Position numbers and translations under genes: made by a program. Positions 12,052 through 22,400 of a stretch of DNA of 64,000 bases are shown here, one piece after another (positions within the stretch are counted from its first letter, which is position 1; the number at the start of each line of letters is the position of its first letter). The stretch is taken from positions 2,080,001 through 2,144,000 of the forward strand of contig OZ245817.1 in the NCBI GenBank assembly GCA_965228475.1, in the 5' to 3' direction. The notes under the pieces are model-generated. The model saw only the letters and a program-made list of their open reading frames with translations. It searched no databases and was not told the origin of the DNA. The DNA comes from Myxococcota bacterium (GTDB lineage Bacteria; Myxococcota_A; UBA9160; JAFDDA01).

Positions 12052-15000
12052 ATGCCCGCGATCGAAGCCTCCCATGCCCTGTCGCCCATGCAGCAGGGCT
12101 TCTTGTTCCATCGCCTCTCGGGTCTCCCCGCCGGGGTCGACCTCGAGCAGATCCTCGTCCGCTGCGAGGAGCGCCTGGACCGGGCGGCCTTCGCCGAGGC
12201 CTTCGCCGCCGTGGTGGCGAGCCATCCGGTCCTGCGCACCCGCTTCCGCTGGGAGGACGTCGAGGATCCGGTCCAGGAGATCCTGGAGGAGGCCACGCTC
12301 GCGATCGACTGGCGCGACCTGGGCGCCGCCGCCGACGCGGATTCCGCGGTCGAGGCCTTCGTCGCCGAGGATCGCGCGCGCGGCTTCGACCTCGGCGAGG
12401 CGCCGCTCTCCCGGGTGACGGTGCTCGAACTCGCCGGCGATGCCTGCGTGGTCGTCTGGTCGTTCCCGCACATCGTGATGGACGGGCGCTCCTTCCCGCT
12501 CGTGCTCCGGGAGCTCTTCGCCCGCTACGACGCCGCGCGCGAAGGTGACGCCGCGCGCGAAGGCCGCACGGCCGAGATCGCCTTGCGCCCGCCCTACGCG
12601 GAATGGGTCGCCTGGGTGCTCGGCCGGGACAGCGCGGCCTCGGAACCCTTCTGGCGCGAACGCATGGGGGGCTTCCGCGAGCCGACGCCGCTGCCGGGCA
12701 AGCCCGCCGAGGCGGAAGCGCGCGGCGAGCGGGAAGTCCGGCTCTCGCGTGAAGACACGGACGCCCTGCGCCGCCACGCCGAGGCCCACGGCCTCTCGCT
12801 GAACAACTTCGTCCAGGGTGCCTGGGCGATCCTTCTCTCGCGCTACTCCGGCGAGGAGGACGTCGTGTTCGGCGCGACGCGTGCCGGCCGCGCCGGGACG
12901 CTTCCGGACGCGGACGAGCGCGTCGGTCTTTTCATCAACACGCTGCCCGTGCGCGTCGGTGTGGACGCCGGGCGCGAGGTGCTGCCCTGGCTGGCCGAGC
13001 TGCGCGAGCGCGAGCGCGCCGTCCGCCCCCACGAGCACACGCCGCTGGTCTCGCTCCAGGGCTGGTGCGACGTGCCGGCCGGGACGCCGCTGTTCGAGAG
13101 CCTGATCGTCTTCGACCACGCGCTGCTCGACAGCCAGGTTCGCGAGGGGACGGACGGTTTCGAGAAGCGCCGCTTCGAGCTGCGCGAGTGCACGAACTTC
13201 CCGCTCACGCTCTACGGCTACGCCGAGCGCGAGCTGCTCTTGAAGCTCGCCTACGACGAGCCGCGCTTCGACGCCGAGCGCGCCGATCGCATCCTCGGCC
13301 ACCTGGCGACCGTGCTCGAGGCGCTGGCCGCGGACCCGGAGCGTCGCGTCGGCGAGCTCTCCATGCTGACCGCGGCGGAGCGAACGCAGATCCTCGAGGG
13401 CTGGAACGCCACCGCGCGCGACTACCCGGGCGACCGCTGCCTGCACGAGCTGATCGAGGCCCAGGTGGACCGGACGCCCGACGCGCCGGCCGTGAGCTTC
13501 GAACACGAGACGCTTTCGTATGCGGAGCTCGATGCCCGGGCCAACCGGCTCGCCCATCGCCTGCGGGAGCTCGGCGCCGGGCCGGACGACCTCGTCGGAC
13601 TCTTCCTCGAGCGCTCCGTGGATCTGGTCGTCGGCGTGCTGGCGGTGCACAAGGCCGGCGCGGCCTACGTGCCCCTCGATCCGGAATATCCCCGCGACCG
13701 CGTCGCCTACATGGTCGAGGACGCGAGCGTCCGGATCGTCGTGACCCAGGCCGCGCTTTCCGGGGACGTCCCGGCGCGCGACGTCGAGATCGTCGCGATC
13801 GATGCCGAGGAGGCCGGTGCCCCCGCCGAGCGGCTCGAGAACCGCGCCACCTCCGCGAACCTCGCCTACGTGATCTACACCTCGGGCTCGACCGGGCTCC
13901 CGAAGGGCGTGATGGTCGAGCACCGGAACGTTGCGAACTTCTTCGCGGGGATGGACGAGCGCATCCCGCACGGCCAGGGGGAGGGCGACGTCTGGCTCTC
14001 GGTGACGAGCCTCTCCTTCGACATCTCGGTGCTCGAGCTGCTCTGGACCCTCGCGCGCGGCTTCCACGTCGTCGTGCAGGCGGACGAGGCGCGTGCCGCC
14101 CGTCGCGGCCCGGCGCCGGCCGCTGCCGCCACGGGGACGGGGCGTCCGCTCTCCTTCGGCCTGTTCTACTTCGCGGCGGACGAGGCCGAGCGCGCCGGCA
14201 ACAAGTACGAGCTCCTGCTCGAGGGTGCGAAGTACGCCGACGCCCACGGCTACTCGGCCGTCTGGACGCCCGAGCGCCACTTCCACGCCTTCGGCGGGCT
14301 CTACCCGAACCCCGCGGTGACCGGCGCCGCCGTGGCCGCGGCCACCGAGAACGTGCAGATCCGCGCGGGCTCGGTCGTGCTGCCGCTGCACCACCCGGCG
14401 CGCATTGCCGAGGAGTGGTCGATCGTCGACAACCTCTCGAACGGCCGGGTCGGCGTCTCCGTGGCGTCGGGCTGGCAGCCGAACGACTTCGTGCTCGCGC
14501 CGGAGAACTTCGCCACGGCGAAGACGGGCCTGTTCGACGGCATCGAGACCGTGAAGAAGCTCTGGCGAGGGGAGGGCGTGGTCTTCCCGGGCCCGAAGGG
14601 CGACGTCGAGACGAAGACCCTGCCGCGCCCGGTCCAGCCCGAGCTGCCCGTCTGGGTGACGAGCGCCGGCAGCCCCGAGACCTTCCGCGAGGCGGGCCGC
14701 ATCGGCGCGAACATCCTGACCCACCTGCTCGGGCAGACGCTCGAAGAGGTCGGCGAGCGCATCGCGATCTACCGCGAGGCGTGGAAGGAAGCGGGCCACC
14801 CGGGGCAGGGCGAGGTCAGCATGATGCTGCACACCTTCGTCGGCGACGACCTCGAGGCGGTGCGGGAGACCGTCCGCCGCCCGATGATGAACTACCTCGC
14901 GAGTTCGGTCGGGCTGATCAAGGGCTTCGCCCAGGCCTGGACGGCCTACAAGAAGAAGTCCGACGGCAGCACCGACGCCGACGTCGACCTGAACACCCTG

Positions 15001-16488
15001 TCCGAAGAGGACATGGAGGACCTCGTCGCCTACTCCTTCGAGCGCTACTTCGAGACCAGCGCGCTGTTCGGGCCGCCCGAGCACTGCCTCGCGCTCGTGC
15101 GCCAGCTCCAGGACATCGGCGTCGACGACATCGCGTGCCTGATCGACTTCGGCGTCGAGACCGAGACGGTGCTCGCGCATCTGCCCCGCCTGACCGAGCT
15201 CAAGGCGATGGCGACGGCGGCCCCGGCCGTGGCCGCCGAGGGCGGGGCTTCCGCCGCCGAGGACTACCGGTTGCCGCAGCAGATCGCGCGCCACGGCGTG
15301 ACGCACCTGCAGTGCACCCCGAGCATGGCGCGGATGATCACGCTCGACCCCGAGGCCCGCGAAGCCGTCGGCAAGCTCTCGGTCTTCATGGTCGGGGGCG
15401 AGGCCCTTCCCGCGAGCCTGGCGCGCGAGCTGTGCGAGATCAGCCCCGCGAAGATCCTGAACATGTACGGCCCGACCGAGACGACGATCTGGTCTTCGAC
15501 GGAGCACGTCACCGCGGATGCCGAGACGGTGACGATCGGGACGCCCATCGCGAACAACCAGCTCTACGTGCTCGACGCCGAGCGTCAGCCCGTGCCCGCG
15601 GGCGTGGCCGGCGAGCTCTACATCGGGGGCGACGGCGTCGTGCGCGGCTACCTCGACCGCCCGGATCTCACGGCCGAGCGCTTCGTCCCGGATCCGTTCC
15701 GCAGCGCCCTCCACGCGAGCGACGCGCCGGCGCGGCTCTACCGCACCGGGGACCTCGCACGCTGGCGGGAAGACGGGCGGATGGAGTTCATCGGGCGCGC
15801 CGATCACCAGGTGAAGGTGCGCGGCTACCGCGTCGAACTCGGCGAGATCGAGGCGCTCCTGAACCTGCACCCGGCGGTCCGCGAGGCGGTCGTCATCCCG
15901 CGCGAGGACGAGGAAGGCGACCAGCGGCTCGTGGCCTACCTGATCCCGCACGCGGGCGAGGCGCCGGCCAGCCAGGCCCTGCGCGAATCCCTGCGCGAGA
16001 AGCTGCCGGACTTCATGGTGCCCTCGCACTTCGTCTGCATGGAGGCGTTCCCGCAGACGCCGAACCGCAAGGTCGACCGCAAGGCGCTGCCGGACCCGGC
16101 GGAGCTCGCCGGCCACAGCCCGGCCGTCCACCGCAAGCCCGAGAACGAGATCGAGGAGGGCATTGCGCGGATCTGGCAGGAGGTGCTGCGCATCCCCCAG
16201 GTCGGGCGCGAGGACAACTTCTTCGATCTCGGCGGCCACTCGCTGCTGGCCTTGAAGACCCACCGCCGGATCGTGGCGGAGCTCGACGCCAGCGCGCTCA
16301 AGATCACGGACCTCTTCCGCTTCCCCACGGTCCGGGCGCTGGCCGAGCACCTCTCGGACGAGGGCGAAGGGCCCTCGCTGCAGCGCAGCCGTGACCGCGC
16401 CGGGGCCCGGCGCGAAGCCATGGCGGCCCGGCGCGGCCGCCCGCGCGCGCGCCGCAAGCCGCGCGGCTCGAGCGAGCCGAGCGAGTGA
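12052..16488 (+). CDS. NRPS C-A-T with a luciferase-like (LLM, MupA/Atu3671-type) monooxygenase inserted in the A domain; predicted Gly-specific
   Basis: C: LSPMQQG, PHIVMDG, VGLFINTLP. A: LSYAEL, YTSGSTGLPKG, SFDIS, NMYGPTE, GELYIGG, YRTGDL, KVRGYRVELGEIE, NRKVDR. LLM (about 14148-15204): WTPERHFH, GRVGVSVASGW. T: FFDLGGHSL. Confidence 0.93.
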   Translation: MPAIEASHALSPMQQGFLFHRLSGLPAGVDLEQILVRCEERLDRAAFAEAFAAVVASHPVLRTRFRWEDVEDPVQEILEEATLAIDWRDLGAAADADSAVEAFVAEDRARGFDLGEAPLSRVTVLELAGDACVVVWSFPHIVMDGRSFPLVLRELFARYDAAREGDAAREGRTAEIALRPPYAEWVAWVLGRDSAASEPFWRERMGGFREPTPLPGKPAEAEARGEREVRLSREDTDALRRHAEAHGLSLNNFVQGAWAILLSRYSGEEDVVFGATRAGRAGTLPDADERVGLFINTLPVRVGVDAGREVLPWLAELRERERAVRPHEHTPLVSLQGWCDVPAGTPLFESLIVFDHALLDSQVREGTDGFEKRRFELRECTNFPLTLYGYAERELLLKLAYDEPRFDAERADRILGHLATVLEALAADPERRVGELSMLTAAERTQILEGWNATARDYPGDRCLHELIEAQVDRTPDAPAVSFEHETLSYAELDARANRLAHRLRELGAGPDDLVGLFLERSVDLVVGVLAVHKAGAAYVPLDPEYPRDRVAYMVEDASVRIVVTQAALSGDVPARDVEIVAIDAEEAGAPAERLENRATSANLAYVIYTSGSTGLPKGVMVEHRNVANFFAGMDERIPHGQGEGDVWLSVTSLSFDISVLELLWTLARGFHVVVQADEARAARRGPAPAAAATGTGRPLSFGLFYFAADEAERAGNKYELLLEGAKYADAHGYSAVWTPERHFHAFGGLYPNPAVTGAAVAAATENVQIRAGSVVLPLHHPARIAEEWSIVDNLSNGRVGVSVASGWQPNDFVLAPENFATAKTGLFDGIETVKKLWRGEGVVFPGPKGDVETKTLPRPVQPELPVWVTSAGSPETFREAGRIGANILTHLLGQTLEEVGERIAIYREAWKEAGHPGQGEVSMMLHTFVGDDLEAVRETVRRPMMNYLASSVGLIKGFAQAWTAYKKKSDGSTDADVDLNTLSEEDMEDLVAYSFERYFETSALFGPPEHCLALVRQLQDIGVDDIACLIDFGVETETVLAHLPRLTELKAMATAAPAVAAEGGASAAEDYRLPQQIARHGVTHLQCTPSMARMITLDPEAREAVGKLSVFMVGGEALPASLARELCEISPAKILNMYGPTETTIWSSTEHVTADAETVTIGTPIANNQLYVLDAERQPVPAGVAGELYIGGDGVVRGYLDRPDLTAERFVPDPFRSALHASDAPARLYRTGDLARWREDGRMEFIGRADHQVKVRGYRVELGEIEALLNLHPAVREAVVIPREDEEGDQRLVAYLIPHAGEAPASQALRESLREKLPDFMVPSHFVCMEAFPQTPNRKVDRKALPDPAELAGHSPAVHRKPENEIEEGIARIWQEVLRIPQVGREDNFFDLGGHSLLALKTHRRIVAELDASALKITDLFRFPTVRALAEHLSDEGEGPSLQRSRDRAGARREAMAARRGRPRARRKPRGSSEPSE

Positions 16489-19400
16489 GCGACGAGAAGA
16501 AGCGAGAGCAGGAGGAGGCGGGTCTCGAGGAAGGCGCGGGCAACGAGATCGCCGTCGTCGGCATGGCGCTGCGCGTGCCCGGGGCGGACACGCCCGAGGC
16601 CTACTGGGAGAACCTGCGCTCGGGCACCGAGTCGATCCGTCACTGGACCGTCGAGGAGCTCGAGGAGGCGGGCGTCGCCCCGGAGCTCCTGCGCGACCCG
16701 CGCTACGTGCGCGCCTCGGGCGTGCTCGACGACATCAGCGGCTTCGATGCGGGCTTCTTCGGCGTCAGCGCGAAGGACGCGGGCATCATGGACCCGCAGC
16801 ACCGGCTCTTCCTCGAGTGCGCCTGGGAGGCGCTCGAGCGGACCGGGCACACCGCCACCGGCTTCCCGGGCGCCGTCGGCGTCTTCGGCGGCTGCGGGAT
16901 GGGCACGTACTTCATCCACAACATCCTGAGCAATCCGGACCTCGTGAACTCGGTCGGCTGGTTCCTCCTCCGCCACACGAACAACGACAAGGACTTCCTC
17001 TCGACCTTCGTATCGTACAAGATGAACCTGACCGGGCCGAGCGTGAACGTGCAGACGGCGTGCTCGACCTCGCTCGTCGCCATCCACGCGGCCTGCCAGA
17101 GCCTGCTCTCGCGCGAGTGCGACATGGCGCTCGCGGGCGGCAGCACGCTCAACGTTCCCCACGAGGTCGGGTACCTCTACCAGGAGGGCGAGATCCTCTC
17201 GCCGGACGGTCACTGTCGCGCCTTCGACGCGCAGTCGGCCGGGACGGTCTTCGGCAACGGCTCGGGCGTGGTGGCGCTTCGCCGGCTCGAGGACGCCATC
17301 GAGGACGGCGACCCGATCCGCGCGATCATCCGCGGCTCCGCGATCAACAACGACGGCTCGCAGAAGGCGGGCTACCTCGCGCCGAGCGTGGAGGGCCAGG
17401 CCGCGGCCATCGCCGAGGCCATCTCCGTGGCAGGCGTCTCGGCCGAGGAGATCGGCTACGTCGAGGCCCACGGCACCGGGACGTCCGTGGGGGATCCGAT
17501 CGAGGTCGCCGCGCTGACTCAGGCCTTCCGCGAGACGAGCGAAGGCAAGGGCTACTGCGGACTCGGCTCGGTGAAGCCGAACATCGGGCACCTCGATACC
17601 GCCGCCGGCGTGGCGAGCTTCATCAAGGTCGTGCTGGCACTCGAACACGGGGAGATCCCGCCCTCGCCCCACTACGAGCGGCCGAACCCGGCGATCGACT
17701 TCGATACGAGCCCGTTCTACGTCAACGCCGAGCATCGCGTCTGGGAGAGCGAGGCGCCGCGGATCGCCGGGGTGAGCTCCCTCGGCGTCGGCGGCACGAA
17801 CGCCCACGTGATCCTCGAGGAGCCTCCGCCGCCGGAGCCGAGCGGCGCGGGCCGCGCGGTCCAGCTGCTTCCCCTCTCGGCGCGCACGCCGGCCGCGCTC
17901 GCGGAGGCGAGCCAGCGGCTCGCCGAGCATCTGCGCGCGAACCCGGACGTGCCGCTCGCGGACGCCGCCTGGACGCTCCAGGTCGGCCGGAAGCCCCTCG
18001 ACCATCGCAAGGGCGTCGTGTGCCGCACGGTCGAGGAGGCCATCGCGCGCCTCGAGACGCCGGACAAGCGCACCGTGGCGAGCGGGCAGGTCGCCGGCCC
18101 GAGCCCCTCGACGGCGTTCCTCCTGCCGGGAGGCGGCGCCCAGTACCCGCGCATGGGACTCGGGCTCTACGAGGATGAGCCGATCGTGCGCGAGCACGTC
18201 GACCGCGGCCTCGAGATCCTCCGCACGCGGTTCGATCTCGACCTGCGCGACGTCTGGTTCCCGGAGGACGCCGGCCTCGAAGCCGCGGCCGAGACCTTCC
18301 AGCGCCCGGCGCTGCAGCTCCCGGCGATCTTCATCCTCGAGTACGCGCTGGCGAAGCTCTGGATGTCCTTCGGCGTGAAGCCCCAGGCCCTGATCGGGCA
18401 CAGCATGGGGGAGAACACGGCGGCCTGCCTCGCCGGCGTCATGTCCTTCGAAGACGCCCTCGGCCTGGTGACCCTGCGCGGCCGGCTCTTCGAGACCACC
18501 GAGCCGGGCGGCATGATGAGCCTCTCGCTCCCGGCGGACCGGGCGGCCGAGTACGTCGCCGAGGACACGGTGTTGGCCTCGGTGAACGGGCCGAGCCTGT
18601 GCGTGATCTCGGGTTCGGACGCGGCGATCGATCGGCTCGAGAAGCGGCTCGCGGAAGACGAAGTCGACCATCAGCGCGTGCGGATCTCCGTCGCGGCGCA
18701 CTCGCCCCTGCTCGATCCGATCCTGGAAGAGTTCGGCGCGTACCTGCGGAGCATCGAGCTCCACCCGCCGGAGATCCCGATCGTCTCGAACCGCACGGGG
18801 ACGTGGCTCTCGGACGACCAGGCGACGAACCCGGACTACTGGGTCCAGCACCTGCGCCACACCGTGCACTTCGCCGACGGCGTCGGCACGCTGCTCGAGA
18901 CGCCCGGCCGGGTCCTGCTCGAAGTCGGGCCCGGCAAGACCCTCGGCTCGCTCGCGCGCCAGCACGCATCGGCCAGCCCCGGGCAACCCGTCGTGTCCTC
19001 CCTGCGACATCCCGAGGAAGCCATCGCCGACGCGGACTTCTTCCACCTGGCGCTCGGCCGGGTCTGGATCGGCGGGGCTTCGGTCGACTGGGAGCAGTAC
19101 CACCGCGGCGAAGATCGGCAGCGTCTGACGCTCCCGACCTATCCCTTCGAGCGGCAGCGCTACTGGATCGAACCCGGCACGGCGCGCTACGAAGCGCCGG
19201 CGCCCGTCCTCCCGATCGAGAAGCTCACGGACCCGGACGACTGGTTTCGCCGGCCTGCCTGGCACACGGCGCCGCCGCCCGGGAAGTCCGCCGCCGAAGA
19301 AGAGCCGCGCACGTGGCTGTTCTTCCTCGACGCCGCCGGGATCGGGAGCGAGCTCGTCGCGCGCCTGCGCGGGGCGGGGCACCGGGTCGTCACGGTGAAG

Positions 19401-22400
19401 GAAGGCGACGCCTTCTACCGCTTCGGCGACGACGACTTCGCCCTGGCTCCGGAAGCCGGCCGCGACGGCTACGACCAGCTGGTGCAGGCGCTGAACGAAA
19501 GCGAAGCGCTGCCCGACCGCATCGTCCACCTCTGGCTCGTCACCGCGGACGAGAGCGCGCGTGCGGGATCGAGCTTCTTCCACCGCAACCAGGAGCGCGG
19601 CTTCTACAGCCTGCTCTTCCTGATGCAGGCCCTCGCCGGCGAAGACTCGTCCGGCGCCCGCCGCATCGATCTGCTCTCGACGGGGCTGCACTCCGTCTCC
19701 GGGGAGGCTCTGCCGCACCCCGACAAAGCCACCGTTTTCGGGCCTTTGCGCGTGATCCCTCACGAGTTCCCCGAGGTCCGCTGCCGGAACGTCGACGTCG
19801 AGGTCCCCGGCGCGGAGCGCGCGTCCGGCGAGGGCTCGCCGATGGCGGCGCTGCTCGATCGGCTGCTCGGCGAACTGGGCGAAGGCGCGACCGCGGACGT
19901 CGTGGCCTACCGCGGCGACGTGCGCTTCGAGCAGACCCTCGAGAAGCTCGCGCCCGAGACGCTCGAAGCGGGCGGGACGCCGCTGCGGGACGGCGGGGCG
20001 TACCTCGTGACCGGCGGCCTCGGCGGCATCGGCTTCGCGGTGGCCGAGCAGCTCGCCGAGCGCGCGAAGGCACGGCTGGTGCTGCTCTCGCGCCGCGGCT
20101 TCCCGGAGCGAGAGGCCTGGGACGCCTGGCTCGAGCGCCACGGCGAACGCGACGGCACGAGCGAACGCATCCGCCGCATCCGGCGGCTCGAGGCGGCGGG
20201 CGCCGAGGTCTGGGTCGCCACGGGCGACGTCGCGAACATCGAACGCATGCGCGAAGTCGTGCGGGAGGCCGAGGCGCGCTTCGGGCCGCTTCATGGTGTC
20301 TTCCACGCGGCCGGCACGATCGAGGACGGCGTCATCCCGATGAAGAGCCCGGAGGCGGCCGAGCGCGTCTTCACGCCGAAGGTTCACGGCACCCTCGTGT
20401 TCGCCGAGCTCTTCGCGGACAGCGCGCTCGACTTCCTCGTGCTCTTCTCGTCGACGAGCACGGTCCTCGGCCCGCCCGGCCAGGTCGACTACACCGGCGC
20501 GAACGCCTTCCTCGACGCCTTCGCGGCCAGCCGCCGCGGGGCGCCCGGCCCGCGCACGGTGACCGTCGGCTGGGGCGTCTGGAACGAGGTCGGCATGGCC
20601 CGTCAGATCCAGCGCGGCCTGCGCGGAGATGACGTCGACGCCGGCGCCGAACACCTGCGCGTGGCGCATCCGCTGCTCGACGAGCGCATCGATCTCGGCG
20701 GCGGCCGGACGCTCTACGCGAGCGAGCTCTCGCCCCAGGACCGCTGGGTGCTGGACGAGCACCGCCTGAAGGATGGCCGCGCCGTCTGGCCGGGCACGGG
20801 CTACCTCGAACTCGCCCGGGCCGCCGCGTCCGACCTGCTCGAGGGCGCCGCCTTCGGCCTCGAGGGCGTGCAGTTCCTGGCACCGCTCGAGGTTCCGGAC
20901 GACGGCGAGCGCCGCATCGAGCTCGAACTCGAACGGGACGGCGACGTGCTGCGCTTCGAGATCCGCAGCCGCGACCTCGACGCCGAGGAGGGCGCTTCCG
21001 CGGAGCCCGTCCTCCACGCCCAGGGCCGTGTCCGTCCGGGAGCCCCGGAGCCCGCGGCGTCGCTCGACGTGCCGACGCTGGCGGCGGCCTGCACGGGAGA
21101 TCTCCGCGAGGGGACGGACCTCGCCAGCGACCAGGACGTGCTGCTGGCCTTCGGGCCCCGCTGGCGCTGCCTCGAGCGCACGGGCTTCGGCGAGGGCAGG
21201 GCGCTCGCCCGGCTCGCCCTCTCGAGCGAGTTCAGCCGCGACCTCGACGACCACCATCTCCACCCGGCGCTGCTCGACCTCGCCACCGGCTTCGCCCTGC
21301 GGCTCGTCCCCGGCTACGAGCCCGGCGAGCAGCTCTACGTGCCGCTCTCCTACGACCGCGTCGCGATCCACGCCCCGCTCGAGCGGGAGCTGGTGAGCCA
21401 CGTGCGGGCGCGCCGGAGCAACCAGGCCGGCGGCGAGACCGCGGCCTTCGACGTGACCCTGGCGGATCTCGGCGGGCGGGTGCTCGTCGAGGTCACCGGG
21501 TTCACGATGCGGCGCATCGCCGGGCCGCGTGCCCTCGAGGCGGCGCCGCCGAGCGCCGGGCCGAGCGGGACCTCCGCCGCCGAGCGCGTCTTCCTCGAGT
21601 CCTTCGAGGCCGGCATCCGCGTCGACGAAGGCATGGCCGCGCTCGAGCGCATCCTCGGCCACGAGACCCCGGCCCAGGTGCTCGTGAGCTCGATCGATCT
21701 CGACCTCCTGCGCAAGCGCCACGCCGAGGTCGGCGCCGAGGAGCAGGCCGGCGCGGGCGTGAAGTTCGCGCGGCCCTCCCTCGCGAGCGAGTACGTCGAG
21801 CCGCGCGACGAGATCGAAGAGGCCCTGGTCGCGCTCTGGGAGGAACTCCTCGGGGTCGATCCGATCGGCGTGGAGGACGACTTCTTCGAGCTCGGCGGCC
21901 ACTCGCTCATCGCCGTGCGCCTGTTCGCCGCGATCAAGAAGAAGTACGGCGTCGAGTTCCCGCTCTCGGTGCTCTTCGACGCGCCGACCGTCGCCGCCTG
22001 TGCAGAGCTCCTCCGCGAGGAGGTCGGCGAGGCATCCGAGGGCGAGGCGCCGAAGCGCCGGCGCCGGGCCTACGACTTCCTGGTGCCGATGAACGACGTC
22101 AAGGAGGCGACGAAGGCGCCGTTCTTCCTGGTCTCCGGGATGTTCGGGAACGTGCTGAACCTGCGGCACCTGGCGGCGCACCTCGGCGAGGACCAGCCGG
22201 TCTTCGCGATCCAGGCGCGCGGCCTCTACGGCGACGAAGAGCCCCACACCCGCTTCGAGGACATGGCGCGCGACTACCTGCGCGAGATCCGCACCGTGCA
22301 GCCCGAGGGGCCGTACTTCCTCGGCGGCTTCTCCGGCGGCGGACTGACGGCCTTCGAGATGGCCCACCAGCTCCGCGCCGAGGGCGAGGAGGTCGCGACG

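Noticed and set aside
12529..12564. 18-bp tandem duplication (DAAREG x2) in the C domain, and PDAERK repeats in the CapB N-terminus
   Set aside because: Small in-frame duplications in probable loop or disordered regions, with no evident function
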